A stretch of DNA of 64,000 nt from an uncultured delta proteobacterium (GTDB lineage: Bacteria > Myxococcota_A > Polyangia > Palsa-1104), in the NCBI GenBank assembly GCA_963785725.1, contig CAWAWS010000007.1:352001-416000 (forward strand). The letters are read 5' to 3'. Shown here one piece after another: positions 21,276 through 32,156 of the stretch. The first letter of the stretch is position 1; every line of letters starts with the position of its first letter. A program made the position numbers and the translations under genes. The notes under the pieces are model-generated. The model saw only the letters and a list, made by a program, of their open reading frames with translations. It did no database searches and was not told the origin of the DNA.

Positions 21276-22157
21276 ATGTCGAAACCGAATTACCGCGCCA
21301 CCCTCATCTTCGATACCGACCGCAAAGTCTTCCTCGCCCGCGCTCCCGAGCTGGAGCATTGCAGCGCCGAAGGCGCCAACCGCGCCGAAGCCCTCACCAA
21401 GCTGGAAGAAGAGATCGACGCGCAGCTGGCCAACATGCTGTCGCACGGCTCGACGCCGCCGCGCGCGGTCGACGAAGAGGTTTTCACGGGCGAGATCGCG
21501 GCCAAGGTTTCGAAGCAGCTCCATCGTGAGCTGGCGTTTCAGGCGCGTTCGGAAGGCATCGAGCTCGATCAGATCGTGGGCGAGCTGTTGGCGGCGGCGA
21601 TGGAGTCGCGCAAGCAGACGCGCGGCACCCGCGGCGGCAATCGCGTCGCGCAAGAGCACACGCCGAACGACAACGTCGGCAATCGCTACGAGGGTGGCGG
21701 CGGCGGTGGACCGCGCCCGCAGCGCGGATTCGGCGGACGCGGCGCGAACAACCACTTGCTCGACGATCGCGCCAACTTCATCGAGTACGTGCGCGGGCTC
21801 GAGCAGCAGGGCACTGGTATGACCAATCGTCACGGCGGCGGCGGGCACGGCCAGCCGCGCGGCGACGGCGACCGCGGTGGACGCGGTGGACGCGGCGGAC
21901 GCGGTGGACGTGGCGGCGCCGGCGGACCGCGCGGCGGCAACCCGAGCCATGGCGGACAGAATCGCGGCATGCAGGGCGGCGGTCCGCGTCCGCAGGGCAA
22001 CTTTGGCGGCGGGCACGGCGGCGGCGGCGCGGGCAACGGCGCCGGCGGCAATGGTCACGCGGCGGCGGGCAACGGCGCGCATCACGCGGAAGCGAGCGCG
22101 GCGCCGCAGCACCACGACGCGCCGGCGCACGACCCCGAGTCGGGCGGCAACGTCTAG
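21276..22157 (+). CDS. HicB-like protein (RNase H-like fold plus probable RHH) with a long Gly/Arg-rich tail
   Basis: FLARAPELEHCSAEGANRAEAL and FTGEIAAKVSKQLHRELAFQARSEGI resemble HicB; AGGAG SD; tail RGGRGGRGGRGG. Confidence 0.75.
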   Translation: MSKPNYRATLIFDTDRKVFLARAPELEHCSAEGANRAEALTKLEEEIDAQLANMLSHGSTPPRAVDEEVFTGEIAAKVSKQLHRELAFQARSEGIELDQIVGELLAAAMESRKQTRGTRGGNRVAQEHTPNDNVGNRYEGGGGGGPRPQRGFGGRGANNHLLDDRANFIEYVRGLEQQGTGMTNRHGGGGHGQPRGDGDRGGRGGRGGRGGRGGAGGPRGGNPSHGGQNRGMQGGGPRPQGNFGGGHGGGGAGNGAGGNGHAAAGNGAHHAEASAAPQHHDAPAHDPESGGNV

Positions 22158-23155
22158 TCAGCGAGAGCGCGCGGCTCGCTAGCTGTGATGTCTAAACACA
22201 GCCAGCTGCGCCTTCCGACACCAAACGCAACCTCGACGATTTCGTCCGCTCGCGCGTAAACAAAGCTCGCGCAGTCAATAACGGCTGAACGCAACACGCC
22301 TCGAGCGGTTCCTCTGCTCGCGACGCATGAACGTTCGCGTGGCCGATCGTGGCCAAACCCAAAGTTTCGATCGGCTGCTCCTGTTCGCAATTCCGAAAAC
22401 GCTCGCGCGGCCGATCGTGGCCAAAGACAAACGCGTTTCGAGCGATGCCTGCTGTCGACGACCGTATAAACGTTCGCATGCCGATCACGGCTAAAAGCAA
22501 CGCGTCTCGATCGATTCCTGCTGCTCGCGACTCGACGAGGTTCCCGCGGCCGTCGCGGCCAGCGCAATGCGTTCGCTCGATCCTTTCGGCTCGCGAAGCG
22601 CTCGCACGGCCGATTCGACATAGGGCTCAGCTCGGCAACCCTCGCTTCGCGTTTCCCCGACGTTGTGCGCGCATCGCCGGCACATTCGGCCACGCTTCTC
22701 AGCGCTTGATTTCGATTCGAGCCGCTGTGTTTTTTGCAGCGCACTCCGACGGCGAACGAAGGCGTCGCCCGTTCCAGTTGACGTAAATCCGCGCACGAAG
22801 CGACAGCGAACGAGACGGTCGGCGCGCTGATTTTCCACGCGCGCCGAAATTGGTTAAACCAATTTCGGCACGAAGCAGCCGCGCCTCCGCGAGCGCCACG
22901 TCGAGCAGCGAAGTCCCAGTCGATCCCGAATCTCGACTGCCGCGGATTTGCGAGCGCGCCGGCGCTCGGCCCGGCCGACGTTGCGGCCGCCGGCGCTCGG
23001 CCCGGCCGACGTTGCGGCCGGCGTGCCGGCCCCTCGACAACTGCGCCCAATCTGCACGCCGTCGGCAACGTCCGAGGTCGCTGCGTGACCCAAATCGCCA
23101 CCAAGATCGATTGGTTTGACCAATCGGGACCACGCGCGTGTGATACAATGTTGTC

Positions 23156-25060
23156 GTGGCGACCGAGTCTCCGCCGTCATTCGTGCCCAGCACGTTTGGC
23201 CGCTATCAGCTACTGGAGCGTCTCGCCGTCGGCGGCATGGCCGAGATCTTTCGCGCGCGGCAGTCGGGCGCGCACGGCTTCGAGAAGATCCTCGTCATCA
23301 AGCGCATACTTCCGCACCTCGCCGCCGATCCCGAGTTCCTCGCTATGTTCATCGATGAGGCCAAGCTGCAGTGCGCGCTGCAGCATCCGAAGATCGTCCA
23401 GGTCTTCGAGTTCGGCGAGGTCGACGGGCAATATTACATCGCGCTCGAATACGTCGACGGCATGGACGCGCTCGGCCTCTTGCGCGTCTGCGCCCACCGA
23501 CGACAGCGACTGCCCGTGCGGCTCGCCGTCCACATCGCCTGCGAAGTGCTCGACGCGCTCGATTATTCGCATTCGCAGCGCGGCGCCGACGGTCAGCCGC
23601 TCGGCATCGTTCATCGCGACGTCTCGCCGTCGAACGTCTTCATCTCCCGGCGCGGCGACGTCAAGCTAGGCGACTTCGGCATCGCGCGCGCGACGGAAAA
23701 GCAGCGCCAATCGAAGACGCAGGCCGGCACGCTGAAGGGCAAATACGGCTACATGGCGCCCGAGCAGGTCATCGGCGGCAACATCGACGGGCGCGCTGAC
23801 CTCTTCGCCGTCGGCATCGTGCTCTGCGAGATGTTGATGGGCCGCCGCCTCTTCACCGCGCCCAACGATCTCGACGTGCTGCTCATGGTCCGCGACGCGC
23901 GCCTCGATAGGTTGAACCGCTACGGCGGCGACATTCCGCCGGCGCTGCGCGCGATTCTCGATCGCATTCTCGCGCGCGATCCCGAAGATCGTCAGCCGAC
24001 GGCCGGCGCGCTGCGCGACGAGTTGCAGGAGTTCCTCTTCGATTCCCGTCAGCGCGTCAGCGCCGGTGATTTAGGTGCGTTCCTCGATTCGTTGAAGGAG
24101 CGCGCGTCATCGCCGTCGGTGCAGATCGTCAAGGAGGATTCGGGCCTCATCCTCGTTGGTGAAGATACGCGCGCCAAGCAGGCCGAGGCCGAGCGCAATC
24201 GTCTGGCCATTCGCGAGGCGTCGAAGCAGCCGTCGATCGTTTCGCACGCGATGCAGCTCGAGGAGTCGGGCCCGTTCATCGAGGAGGCGTCGTCGCCGAA
24301 GCAGAGCCCAGACGGCGCCGAGCGCACGCCCGTCGAAGAGGTTCAACCAGCTGACGCCAAGGGTGAGTTCGCGGACGTCTCGGCCGTGCGCCTCTTGGCG
24401 CGCCTCGCCGCCGATCGCGAAACGGGGCAGCTCGTCATCGAGCGCGGGCAGGTGTCGAAGGAGATCTTCCTCGTCGATGGCGCGCCCGAGTTCGTTTCGT
24501 CCAACGTTCCCACCGAGCGCTTCGGCGAATATTTGGTCGCGCGCGGGGTCATTTCCGCCGGCGAATTATCGATGGCGCTGGCGATTTTGCCGCGCTTTCA
24601 CGGCAAGCTCGGCGATACGCTGGTCGGGCTCAGCTTGCTGCGGCCGCTCGAAGTCTTCCGTCATTTGACGCGGCAAGTGCGCGACAAGATCATCGACGTC
24701 TTCGGCTGGCCGTCGGGGCGCTTTCGCTATTACCGCGGGCGCATGAATAACCGCGAGTCGTTTCCGCTCGGGCTGGACGCGTTCGAAATCCTGGGCGCGG
24801 GCGTGGCTGGCTTGCCGCTCGAGACGGTGCGCGCACGGCTCGACAAGCTGTCGCAGCAGCGGGTGCGACGGATCGATCGCGCGCGGCCGACGCCCGAGCA
24901 TTTCCGCGTCGGCGCCGGTCCACGCGAGCTGTGGCAGCGTCTCGACGGCAAGCGGACCGTGGGCGAGTGGATGCGCCGCTACGATCAGCCGGAGCAGCTG
25001 CTGACACTCTGCCGCACGCTGTTCCTGCTGATCGAATCCGACCTGGCCGCGCTCGACTAA
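23156..25060 (+). CDS. Hanks-type Ser/Thr kinase with C-terminal DUF4388-like domain
   Basis: LAVGGMAEIF, HRDVSPSN, GDFGIA, YMAPEQ; C-terminal ETGQL...KEIFLVDGAP...RFGEYLV. Confidence 0.93.
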   Translation: MATESPPSFVPSTFGRYQLLERLAVGGMAEIFRARQSGAHGFEKILVIKRILPHLAADPEFLAMFIDEAKLQCALQHPKIVQVFEFGEVDGQYYIALEYVDGMDALGLLRVCAHRRQRLPVRLAVHIACEVLDALDYSHSQRGADGQPLGIVHRDVSPSNVFISRRGDVKLGDFGIARATEKQRQSKTQAGTLKGKYGYMAPEQVIGGNIDGRADLFAVGIVLCEMLMGRRLFTAPNDLDVLLMVRDARLDRLNRYGGDIPPALRAILDRILARDPEDRQPTAGALRDELQEFLFDSRQRVSAGDLGAFLDSLKERASSPSVQIVKEDSGLILVGEDTRAKQAEAERNRLAIREASKQPSIVSHAMQLEESGPFIEEASSPKQSPDGAERTPVEEVQPADAKGEFADVSAVRLLARLAADRETGQLVIERGQVSKEIFLVDGAPEFVSSNVPTERFGEYLVARGVISAGELSMALAILPRFHGKLGDTLVGLSLLRPLEVFRHLTRQVRDKIIDVFGWPSGRFRYYRGRMNNRESFPLGLDAFEILGAGVAGLPLETVRARLDKLSQQRVRRIDRARPTPEHFRVGAGPRELWQRLDGKRTVGEWMRRYDQPEQLLTLCRTLFLLIESDLAALD

Positions 25061-25381
25061 GATTGGTCGAACCAATTCTCGGCTTAGGGTTGGTTAAACC
25101 AATTCTCGGGCTGGGATCGGCCCAGCCGCGCTCCGACCAACAGGATCGGTTGGGATTGGTTAAACCAATTCTTGAGCTGGGAACGACCCGACCGCGCTCG
25201 GCTACGATTGGTTAAACCAATTCGCATTTGTCTGGAACCGGCGAGTCCGCGTAAGGATGAGCGCGGATTGGTTAAGCCAATTCGCATTCGTCTAGGACCT
25301 GCCAACCTGCCTGCCGGCAAGCGCGGATTGGTTAAACCAATTCGCGACCGGTAAGTTTGGCTTGGCCGGCGGTTGTCGGCG

Positions 25382-26353
25382 CTATTCGTTCGCTTTGGGC
25401 CAGCCGACGAGCGAGCGCAGGGCGGCGGCTCGGTCTTCCGGCAGCGGCGCGGTCAATGTCGTGCGCGCTCCCGTCGTTGGGTGCGGGAACGTGATCGCCG
25501 ACGCGTGCAGGAAGTGGCCGCTCGTGCCCACCGCCGCCGCCGGTCCGCCGTACAGCGCGTCGCCGACGATGGGAAAGCCGGCGTGCGCGAGGTGCGCGCG
25601 AATCTGGTGCATGCGTCCGCTGGCCGAGCTCGCCTCGACGAGCGCGACGCCGTCGCCGCGCGCCAGCGTCCGGTAGCTCGTCGTCGCCGGCTGCGCGTCG
25701 ACCTGGCCGGCGATGGCCGCGCGCACGCGCTTGCCGGCGTGCGCCAACGCGACGTCGACGAGGCCGCCGTTAGGCGGCACGCCGGCGACGAGCGCCAAGT
25801 ACTCCTTGGTGACCGCACCGTCGCCGAACGAGTGGCGCAAGCTGAGCCACGCGGCGCGCGTGCGTCCGGCGAGCACGAGACCGCTCGTATCGCTGTCGAG
25901 CCGATGGGCGACGCCGCCTTCGCGCACGTCGTCGGCCACGCCGCCGCACTCCGCGTAACGCGCCACGAGCGCGTTGGCCAACGTGCCGCGCTCGCCCGCC
26001 AGCAGCGGATGCGTTGCCACTCCCGATGGTTTAACCATTGCCACGATCGCGTCATCGACGTGCACGATGACAAGCGGCAGCTCGGGCTCGGGCAGCGGAC
26101 GCTTGTCGCCGGCACGCGGCGGCTCGGCGTCGACGCGCACGCTGGCACCGCCGCGCACGCGGGATCCCTTCGTCGCGCGGGCGCCGTCGAGGCGCACGAC
26201 ACCGTCGGCGATGAGTCGCTGCGCGTCGCGGCGCGAGCAGTCGAGCGCGCGCGCCAACCATTGATCGAGACGCGCGCCGTCGTCGGCGTCAGCGACGGTG
26301 AGAGTGCGCACGCGCTCAGTCGGTGAAGTCGGCGGCCGCCGAGCGGCGTCCAC
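25382..26353 (-). CDS. RluA/RluD-family pseudouridine synthase with S4 domain
   Basis: GARLDQWL, KPSG, HRLDSDTSG, GRMHQIRAH, GDALYG. Confidence 0.93.
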   Translation of the reverse strand: MDAARRPPTSPTERVRTLTVADADDGARLDQWLARALDCSRRDAQRLIADGVVRLDGARATKGSRVRGGASVRVDAEPPRAGDKRPLPEPELPLVIVHVDDAIVAMVKPSGVATHPLLAGERGTLANALVARYAECGGVADDVREGGVAHRLDSDTSGLVLAGRTRAAWLSLRHSFGDGAVTKEYLALVAGVPPNGGLVDVALAHAGKRVRAAIAGQVDAQPATTSYRTLARGDGVALVEASSASGRMHQIRAHLAHAGFPIVGDALYGGPAAAVGTSGHFLHASAITFPHPTTGARTTLTAPLPEDRAAALRSLVGWPKANE

Positions 26354-26882
26354 AGAGCGCCAGCAGCACGAGCGGGAAGGGCGAGTAGAGCAGGATCGTC
26401 AATAGCAGGGTCCCCATCGACTGCGTGCTCTGCGCCAGCTGCAGCGTCGCCGGATCCGACGCCATCACATCCTTCATCACGGCTGCGGTGCGCGGAATGA
26501 TGATGCTCACCATCACGAGCGCTTCCACGAACGTGAACAGCAGCGCCAGCGCGCCCCAGCCGAGCGCGCCCGAGCGGCTCCAGCGCCGTCGCTGATACAG
26601 CCCGCAACCGATGACGATGAGCGCGATCGACAAGGCCAGCTTGCCACCGGTCAGCGCGTCGCTGTAGGGCGCCACCTGATGCATTGCCTCGGCCGTTCGC
26701 GCCATGACCAGCGCCGGATCGGGTTGGCCCGGCCGCTGCGGCAGATTCTTCATCAGGGTGCCCATATGCCCGAAGAGCGTCGGGCTCAGGGCACTCACGG
26801 CGAGCTTAAAGACGTTCGAAAGCGCCACCAAGCTACCGAAGACGATCGATAGAATGCCGAGCGTGACAGGCGTCCTGCGCAT
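26316..26882 (-). CDS. Hypothetical membrane protein (~4 TM)
   Basis: Four hydrophobic segments, typical codon usage. Confidence 0.75.
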   Translation of the reverse strand: MRRTPVTLGILSIVFGSLVALSNVFKLAVSALSPTLFGHMGTLMKNLPQRPGQPDPALVMARTAEAMHQVAPYSDALTGGKLALSIALIVIGCGLYQRRRWSRSGALGWGALALLFTFVEALVMVSIIIPRTAAVMKDVMASDPATLQLAQSTQSMGTLLLTILLYSPFPLVLLALCGRRSAAADFTD

Positions 26883-27327
26883 CCGCGGAGTGTACTACTA
26901 AATTGGTTTAACCATTGCTCGCACCGTCGGACATGCGCGCAGCGCAGTTGGCTCGACGCTTCGTGATCGCCCGCACGTTGCAGCAGCGCTGGCCATTGAC
27001 GTCTTGATGCGACGTCGCAGCGGAATCGGCGCGACGGCAATGGTTAAGCCAATCCTGCGACGTGGGCAGAGGGGCGCGTCCGCAAAGCCAATCGTCAACC
27101 ATGCTGCGCTTCGTCTATGTCGACCGACCGCCATCCTCGCCTTGCGCACTGCGAGATGGCGCTTGGCGTACTGCCGCGCGTGGTTAGCGGAGCGTGACGC
27201 AGCCGCCTCGAGCTCGCGATTCTATTGATCTGCATTGTTGGCCAAGCTCGTCGAGCACTGCCACTACCGCCGATGTCCACTCGAGCACGAGGCGAACGTC
27301 TCTGCTTCGGGGCGAATGGTTAAACCA

Positions 27328-29454
27328 TTACGGTCGGCCGTCGGACGGTGGCGGCTTCGGCAGCGCCGGCGACGTCGCCGGCACGTCGACGCCTTCGGCC
27401 GCGCGCGCTGCGTCGTCGACGATCGGATCCCTCGGCGTCGAAGGTTCCTTGGCCGCGTCGACGACGTCCTTACTGCCGTGCGTCGCTTCGTTCACCGCCG
27501 CCTCGCCTTTCGCGTCGCTCTTCGCGCCGTCTTTGCGCCCGTCCTTGCTCTCGGTGCGCCCATCGTCCGCGCCCTCGTCGTCGACGTCATCTTTGCCGAC
27601 GTCCTTCGTGTCGGGCGCGGCGCCGCCAGGCGTGAGCGCGCAGGCCGCCTTCGCCTTCTCCGCCGCCGTCATGGCGATATAGACGGTCAGCTTTTGCCCG
27701 ACGACCAAGTCCGTGTGCGCCGCGCCGAAGCGGTTGATACGCTCGAGATCGGGCACCGTCAGCTTGAAGCGCGCTCCAATCTTTTTCATGTCGTCGCCCT
27801 TCTTGACGACGTAAGTCAGCCGCTTTCGCCCGCGCCGCGCCTCGACGAGATCGAAGAATTCGGGCGAGCCCGTCGTCACGACGCGAACACGCGCCGGATC
27901 CACCAACGCCGCCTTTGACTGATCGAAATCGGTCGGCACCCACAGCTGCAGCACCATGTTGCTGACCAGCTTCGCGTCGAGATCGATGTTGTTCCAGCGC
28001 GCCAAATCGATTGGTTTGACCTTGAAGAAGCCGGCGATGTCGGCCGGCAGGTCCATCGGCAGCGTGCGATAAAAGACACGGGTTTTGCCGGCGACGACCG
28101 CGTCTTTGTCGGGCACGGCGACGATGAGCGTGTCGCACGGCGGCGGCGGCAGCGGCTTCTTGCCCTCGGGCGCGAGCAGCGTGAGCCCCGGGCGAATCTC
28201 GGCGCTGTCGTCGACGCCGTTGAGCACGCGCAGCTCGTGCGCCGACACTCCGTGCGCCGCCGCGACGTCATCGAGCCGCTCGCCGAAGCGCACGACGAAT
28301 GGTTTAACCAATTCTCGATTGTGTTCGAACGCGGCCGCGAACTTGGCGCCGCTGCCGCGCGGCAGCCGAATCTCCCACGGCTCGGGCGGCGTGCGCTTGC
28401 GGCGCAGCTCGGGATTGAACGACGCGACTTCGGCTGCCGTCACGCCGGCCGCATGCGCGATCGCGGCCACGCTCATCGACGACGGCACGCTCACGCGATC
28501 GAACGCATAGGGCGCATCGGGCTGCACGCCGTCGAAGCCGAAGCGCGCGCGGTTGGCGTCGACGAGCGCCGCCGCCATCACCTTCGGCACGTACAGCGTC
28601 GTCTCCCACGGCAAGCCGTCCTCGTGCTCGCACAGCTCCCAGTAGTCGTTCGTGTTGTATTTCTGCATCGCGCGAATGACCGCGCCATAACCGGCGTTGA
28701 AAGCCGCCAACGTCAGCGGCCAGGCGCCGAAGCGCTGCTTCAAATCGCCGATGTAGTGGACGAACGCCGCGGTCGCCTTCTCTGGATTACGCCGCTCGTC
28801 GATCCAATAATCCTCGCGTAACCCGTAGATCTTCCCGCCTTCGGGCATGAACTGCCACAGCCCGACGGCGCCCGCGTGCGACAGATCGAGCGGATCGTAG
28901 CCGCTCTCGATCATCGAAATATTGACGAGCGCCAGTGGCAGATGCGCGCGGCGCAGCGCGTCCTCGAAGAACGCTTTCCAGCGCCCTTCTTTGCGCAGCC
29001 ACGTGTTCATGATCGCGTGTCCGCGATGGTCCGACTTGTAGAACTCGAGATAGCGCACGACATGCGGATCGAAACGGATCGGCAAATCAGGCAGCTTCAG
29101 CTGATCGAGCCACGGGATCGCGGGTGCCACTTCGATTGGTTTAACCAATTCGCGCACCGGTGAACGCAGCGCAGCCGGCAGCGTGTCGGGACCGATGCCG
29201 TCGGGCAGCGGCGACACTTGGCGACCGAGCGATCCGTTCTCGTCGACGACGTTGGGGACGATGAGCGGGCTCGATTGCGCCGCGGGAAACGATTGCTCGT
29301 CGAACTCGCGCAGTTGACGCAGCTCGTCGGTCTCGTGCGAGACGTCGACGGGCGCGCCGCGGACCGCGCGACGGCCGATGGGATTCTCCGGGAGCGGCGG
29401 ATTCGCCCAGGCCGGCGCCGCCGCCAACAAGAGCACGAGGGCCCAGCGTGGCAT
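27328..29454 (-). CDS. Lytic transglycosylase with LysM domains (MltD-like)
   Basis: MIESGY...GAVGLWQFMP, AAFNAG, ETTLYVPK; LysM YVVKKGD. Confidence 0.92.
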   Translation of the reverse strand: MPRWALVLLLAAAPAWANPPLPENPIGRRAVRGAPVDVSHETDELRQLREFDEQSFPAAQSSPLIVPNVVDENGSLGRQVSPLPDGIGPDTLPAALRSPVRELVKPIEVAPAIPWLDQLKLPDLPIRFDPHVVRYLEFYKSDHRGHAIMNTWLRKEGRWKAFFEDALRRAHLPLALVNISMIESGYDPLDLSHAGAVGLWQFMPEGGKIYGLREDYWIDERRNPEKATAAFVHYIGDLKQRFGAWPLTLAAFNAGYGAVIRAMQKYNTNDYWELCEHEDGLPWETTLYVPKVMAAALVDANRARFGFDGVQPDAPYAFDRVSVPSSMSVAAIAHAAGVTAAEVASFNPELRRKRTPPEPWEIRLPRGSGAKFAAAFEHNRELVKPFVVRFGERLDDVAAAHGVSAHELRVLNGVDDSAEIRPGLTLLAPEGKKPLPPPPCDTLIVAVPDKDAVVAGKTRVFYRTLPMDLPADIAGFFKVKPIDLARWNNIDLDAKLVSNMVLQLWVPTDFDQSKAALVDPARVRVVTTGSPEFFDLVEARRGRKRLTYVVKKGDDMKKIGARFKLTVPDLERINRFGAAHTDLVVGQKLTVYIAMTAAEKAKAACALTPGGAAPDTKDVGKDDVDDEGADDGRTESKDGRKDGAKSDAKGEAAVNEATHGSKDVVDAAKEPSTPRDPIVDDAARAAEGVDVPATSPALPKPPPSDGRP

Positions 29455-30343
29455 GCCTCAGGCTATCGCGCACCGTCGGCGCCCACAACTTTTCGCGGCG
29501 AATGAGGCCTATTTCGCGCGCGATTTCACGGCGAGCGCGTGGTCGTAGTCGTCGCGATGTGCGGCCAACGCCCGCGCCCGCCCGCTATGCCCTCGCTTGT
29601 TGCGAATGGTTAAACCATTCGGCGAAAGGCTGGGCAGGCCTTGCCCGCATGCGGGAGCGTGGTGGCGGGAAGGGTCGACAGAGGTCCGAATTCGACCGAC
29701 CGCCTCACTCGGATTGGTCTGACCGTTATGCAGCGCGGGACCGTTCCTTGGCGATCGTGCGCGAACGAACGGCCAACGAGGGAACGAGGGAACAAGGCAA
29801 CGCAGGAACGAAAGAACGAAGGAATGCGAGAACGAAGGAATGAGAGAGCGAAGGAGCGAAGGAGCGAAGGCACGAAGGCACGAACGGGCGCGGCCGCCCA
29901 GTCACTGTGGTCGATGCTTGTTCAACCTTTGGTAGGGACGCGAAGCGAAGTGGGGATGACGACGGAATGTGAATAGATCGGGTCGACGCTCGCTCCATAT
30001 CAGTCGACGCAGAGGCTGCCGCGCAACGTCGACGCGCGCGTATCTCGTCTCGCTCCAAATCAGTCGAAAGCAGAAGCCGCTGCACAACGTCGACGCGGGC
30101 GTCATCTAGGATTTCACCGACGCGGTCAGCGGCCGCGCGGCCACAATTCCTGACGAATGCGAAATGTGCTCGGCCGTAAACACCGATTGGTGAACCGCCG
30201 GGAACGATGTTCGTCGTGCGACGAGTCTTGAATGCCGAGAGCGTGCTGACGGCAGCTCAGCGTTCGTCGCCGCATTCCTTCGCGACGTTTCGCCAATGGC
30301 AGCTCCGCTAATGGTTAAACCATTGGGAGCAATGGTTTAACCA

Positions 30344-30739
30344 TTAGCGGGCGGCTGGCTGAACGGCGTCCAGCATGCGGGCGAGGACGTGGCCGACGGC
30401 GAGCGGCCATATCGTCACTACCGTGACCCAGGCGGCCAGCGTCGCGCCGAGCGCGAGGCGGGGACGGCGCAACCGCAAGCCGCTCGCGAACGCCCAATCG
30501 ATCATGTAGGTCACGAGCGCCGTCAGCGATGCGGCCAGGAATGCCACAGCCGGCGGATATCCGACGCCGAGGAAGACGCACCAGCCGATCAACGCCGCAG
30601 CCACGTTCGTACCGTCGCGCGCATAACCCAGCCACGACGGTGGGGCGCCCGTGTCGACGGCGCGCAGACGCGAGAGCGCCTCGGCGAAGAGCGCCAGCGT
30701 CGCGGCCAGCGCCACGTCGGCCACGACGGACGCTGGCAT
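30344..30739 (-). CDS. Small membrane protein
   Basis: Hydrophobic ORF; start chosen 7 nt after TAGGAT. Confidence 0.65.
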   Translation of the reverse strand: MPASVVADVALAATLALFAEALSRLRAVDTGAPPSWLGYARDGTNVAAALIGWCVFLGVGYPPAVAFLAASLTALVTYMIDWAFASGLRLRRPRLALGATLAAWVTVVTIWPLAVGHVLARMLDAVQPAAR

Positions 30740-30790
30740 GACGGGCATCCTATCCGAAAACATGCTACAAGGGACGTGGAGGACAAGTAG

Positions 30791-31006
30791 ATGGGTCTCG
30801 GTATCGGAGAGCTGCTGATCTTGCTCGTGATTGTGCTGCTCGTCTTCGGCGCAGGAAAGCTGCCGCAGATCGGCGACGCGCTCGGCAAGAGTATCAAGAA
30901 CTTCAAGCGCGCTTCGAATGCGCACGACGAGATCGAGGTTTCGCCCAAGAAGCCCGAGCTCAGCGACAGTGGCAAGACGCCCGACAGCGCCCACAAGTCT
31001 TCTTAA
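30791..31006 (+). CDS. tatA: Twin-arginine translocase TatA/E
   Basis: [39 protein letters not shown]. Confidence 0.95.
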   Translation: MGLGIGELLILLVIVLLVFGAGKLPQIGDALGKSIKNFKRASNAHDEIEVSPKKPELSDSGKTPDSAHKSS

Positions 31007-31329
31007 TTCATCAGCATTTCAGGTTCTAACGCTCGTCAAAAATAAGCAGATCCTGATCGCTCCCGGCGGAACACCGGGATGCTCGCGTCGTCGCGTTCAT
31101 TCGACGCTCGAGGTTTGGGTTCGCGCGGGGCGTGGCGTCTAGCGTGGTTCGTTCTATCTCGACCCGCTGACGGAGCGACGGGCTCGGCGGTTGCTCAGCG
31201 CCGGGAGGCGCCGCTGGGCCCGGCCATTGGCCGCAGTGTGGCAAAGCTAAACCAGTCAACTGCGGCTTCTGGAGCAAACCGCCTCGGCCTGGGCGCGGCT
31301 GCTTCTCGCTGCCGATCTGATGATGCCGA

Positions 31330-31990
31330 TCGAGACGAGATTGGGTAGCGGTGACGCGAGGCCGCTGCTTCGACGTCCTGATTCGATCGAGACGGCTCGC
31401 GTCGAAGTCGCGCAGCAGCTTCTGCTTTCGACCGATTCGATCGACATCCGTTCGGCGTCGGAGTTGCGCGCCGGCTTCTGCTTCGACTGATTGGAGCGAG
31501 ATACGCTCGCGTCGAAGTCGGGCAGCGCTTCCGCTTTCGACTGATTCGATCGAGAGACGCTTGCGTCGGAGTCGCGGGCTGCTTCTGCTTCGACTGATTT
31601 GGAGCGAGATACGCTCGCGTCGAAGTCCCGCAGCGCTTCCGCTTTCGACCGATTCGAGCGAGATACGCTCGCGTCGAAGTCGGGCGGCGGCTTCTGGTTT
31701 CGACTGATTTCGATCGAGATCCGTTCGGGTCGAGATCGCGCAGCTGCTTCTACTTTCGACTGATTTCGAGATACGCTTGCGTCGAAGTTGCGCGGCGGCT
31801 TCTGGTTTCGACTGATTCGATCGACATAGGTTCGGGTCGGATCGCGCAGCGGCTTCCGCTTTCGACGTACTGATTTCGAAGCGCGTCGCGTCGAAGTCGC
31901 GCGGCCGCTTACTGCTTTCAACGTGTTGATTTCGATCGAGGCAAGATTGCCGTCGCGTCAACGGTTCGCGCGGCCGCTTCCGCCTTCGAG
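31330..31990. repeat. Degenerate ~55-bp tandem repeat, ~10 copies
   Basis: Recurrent GCGTCGAAGTCG...GCTTCTGCTTTCGACTGATT...GAGATACGC; inverted relatives at ~29970-30100. Confidence 0.8.
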
Positions 31991-32156
31991 GCGCCGATTT
32001 GATCGAGGCGAGATAGCGTTCGCGTCGCGGTCGGGCTGCACCTGCTCTCGGCGCGCGGATCCCGATCGAGCGGCCGCGACCGCGATCTCGAATGATGCCG
32101 ATCGCCCGCTTCCGCTCTCGACGCTACAACCGATCGCGACGAAAGCGCCGTCGCGC

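Noticed and set aside
31026..31961. 311-aa repeat ORF on the minus strand
   Set aside because: Frame-shifting ~55-bp repeat units give similar peptides in several frames, indicating non-coding repeat
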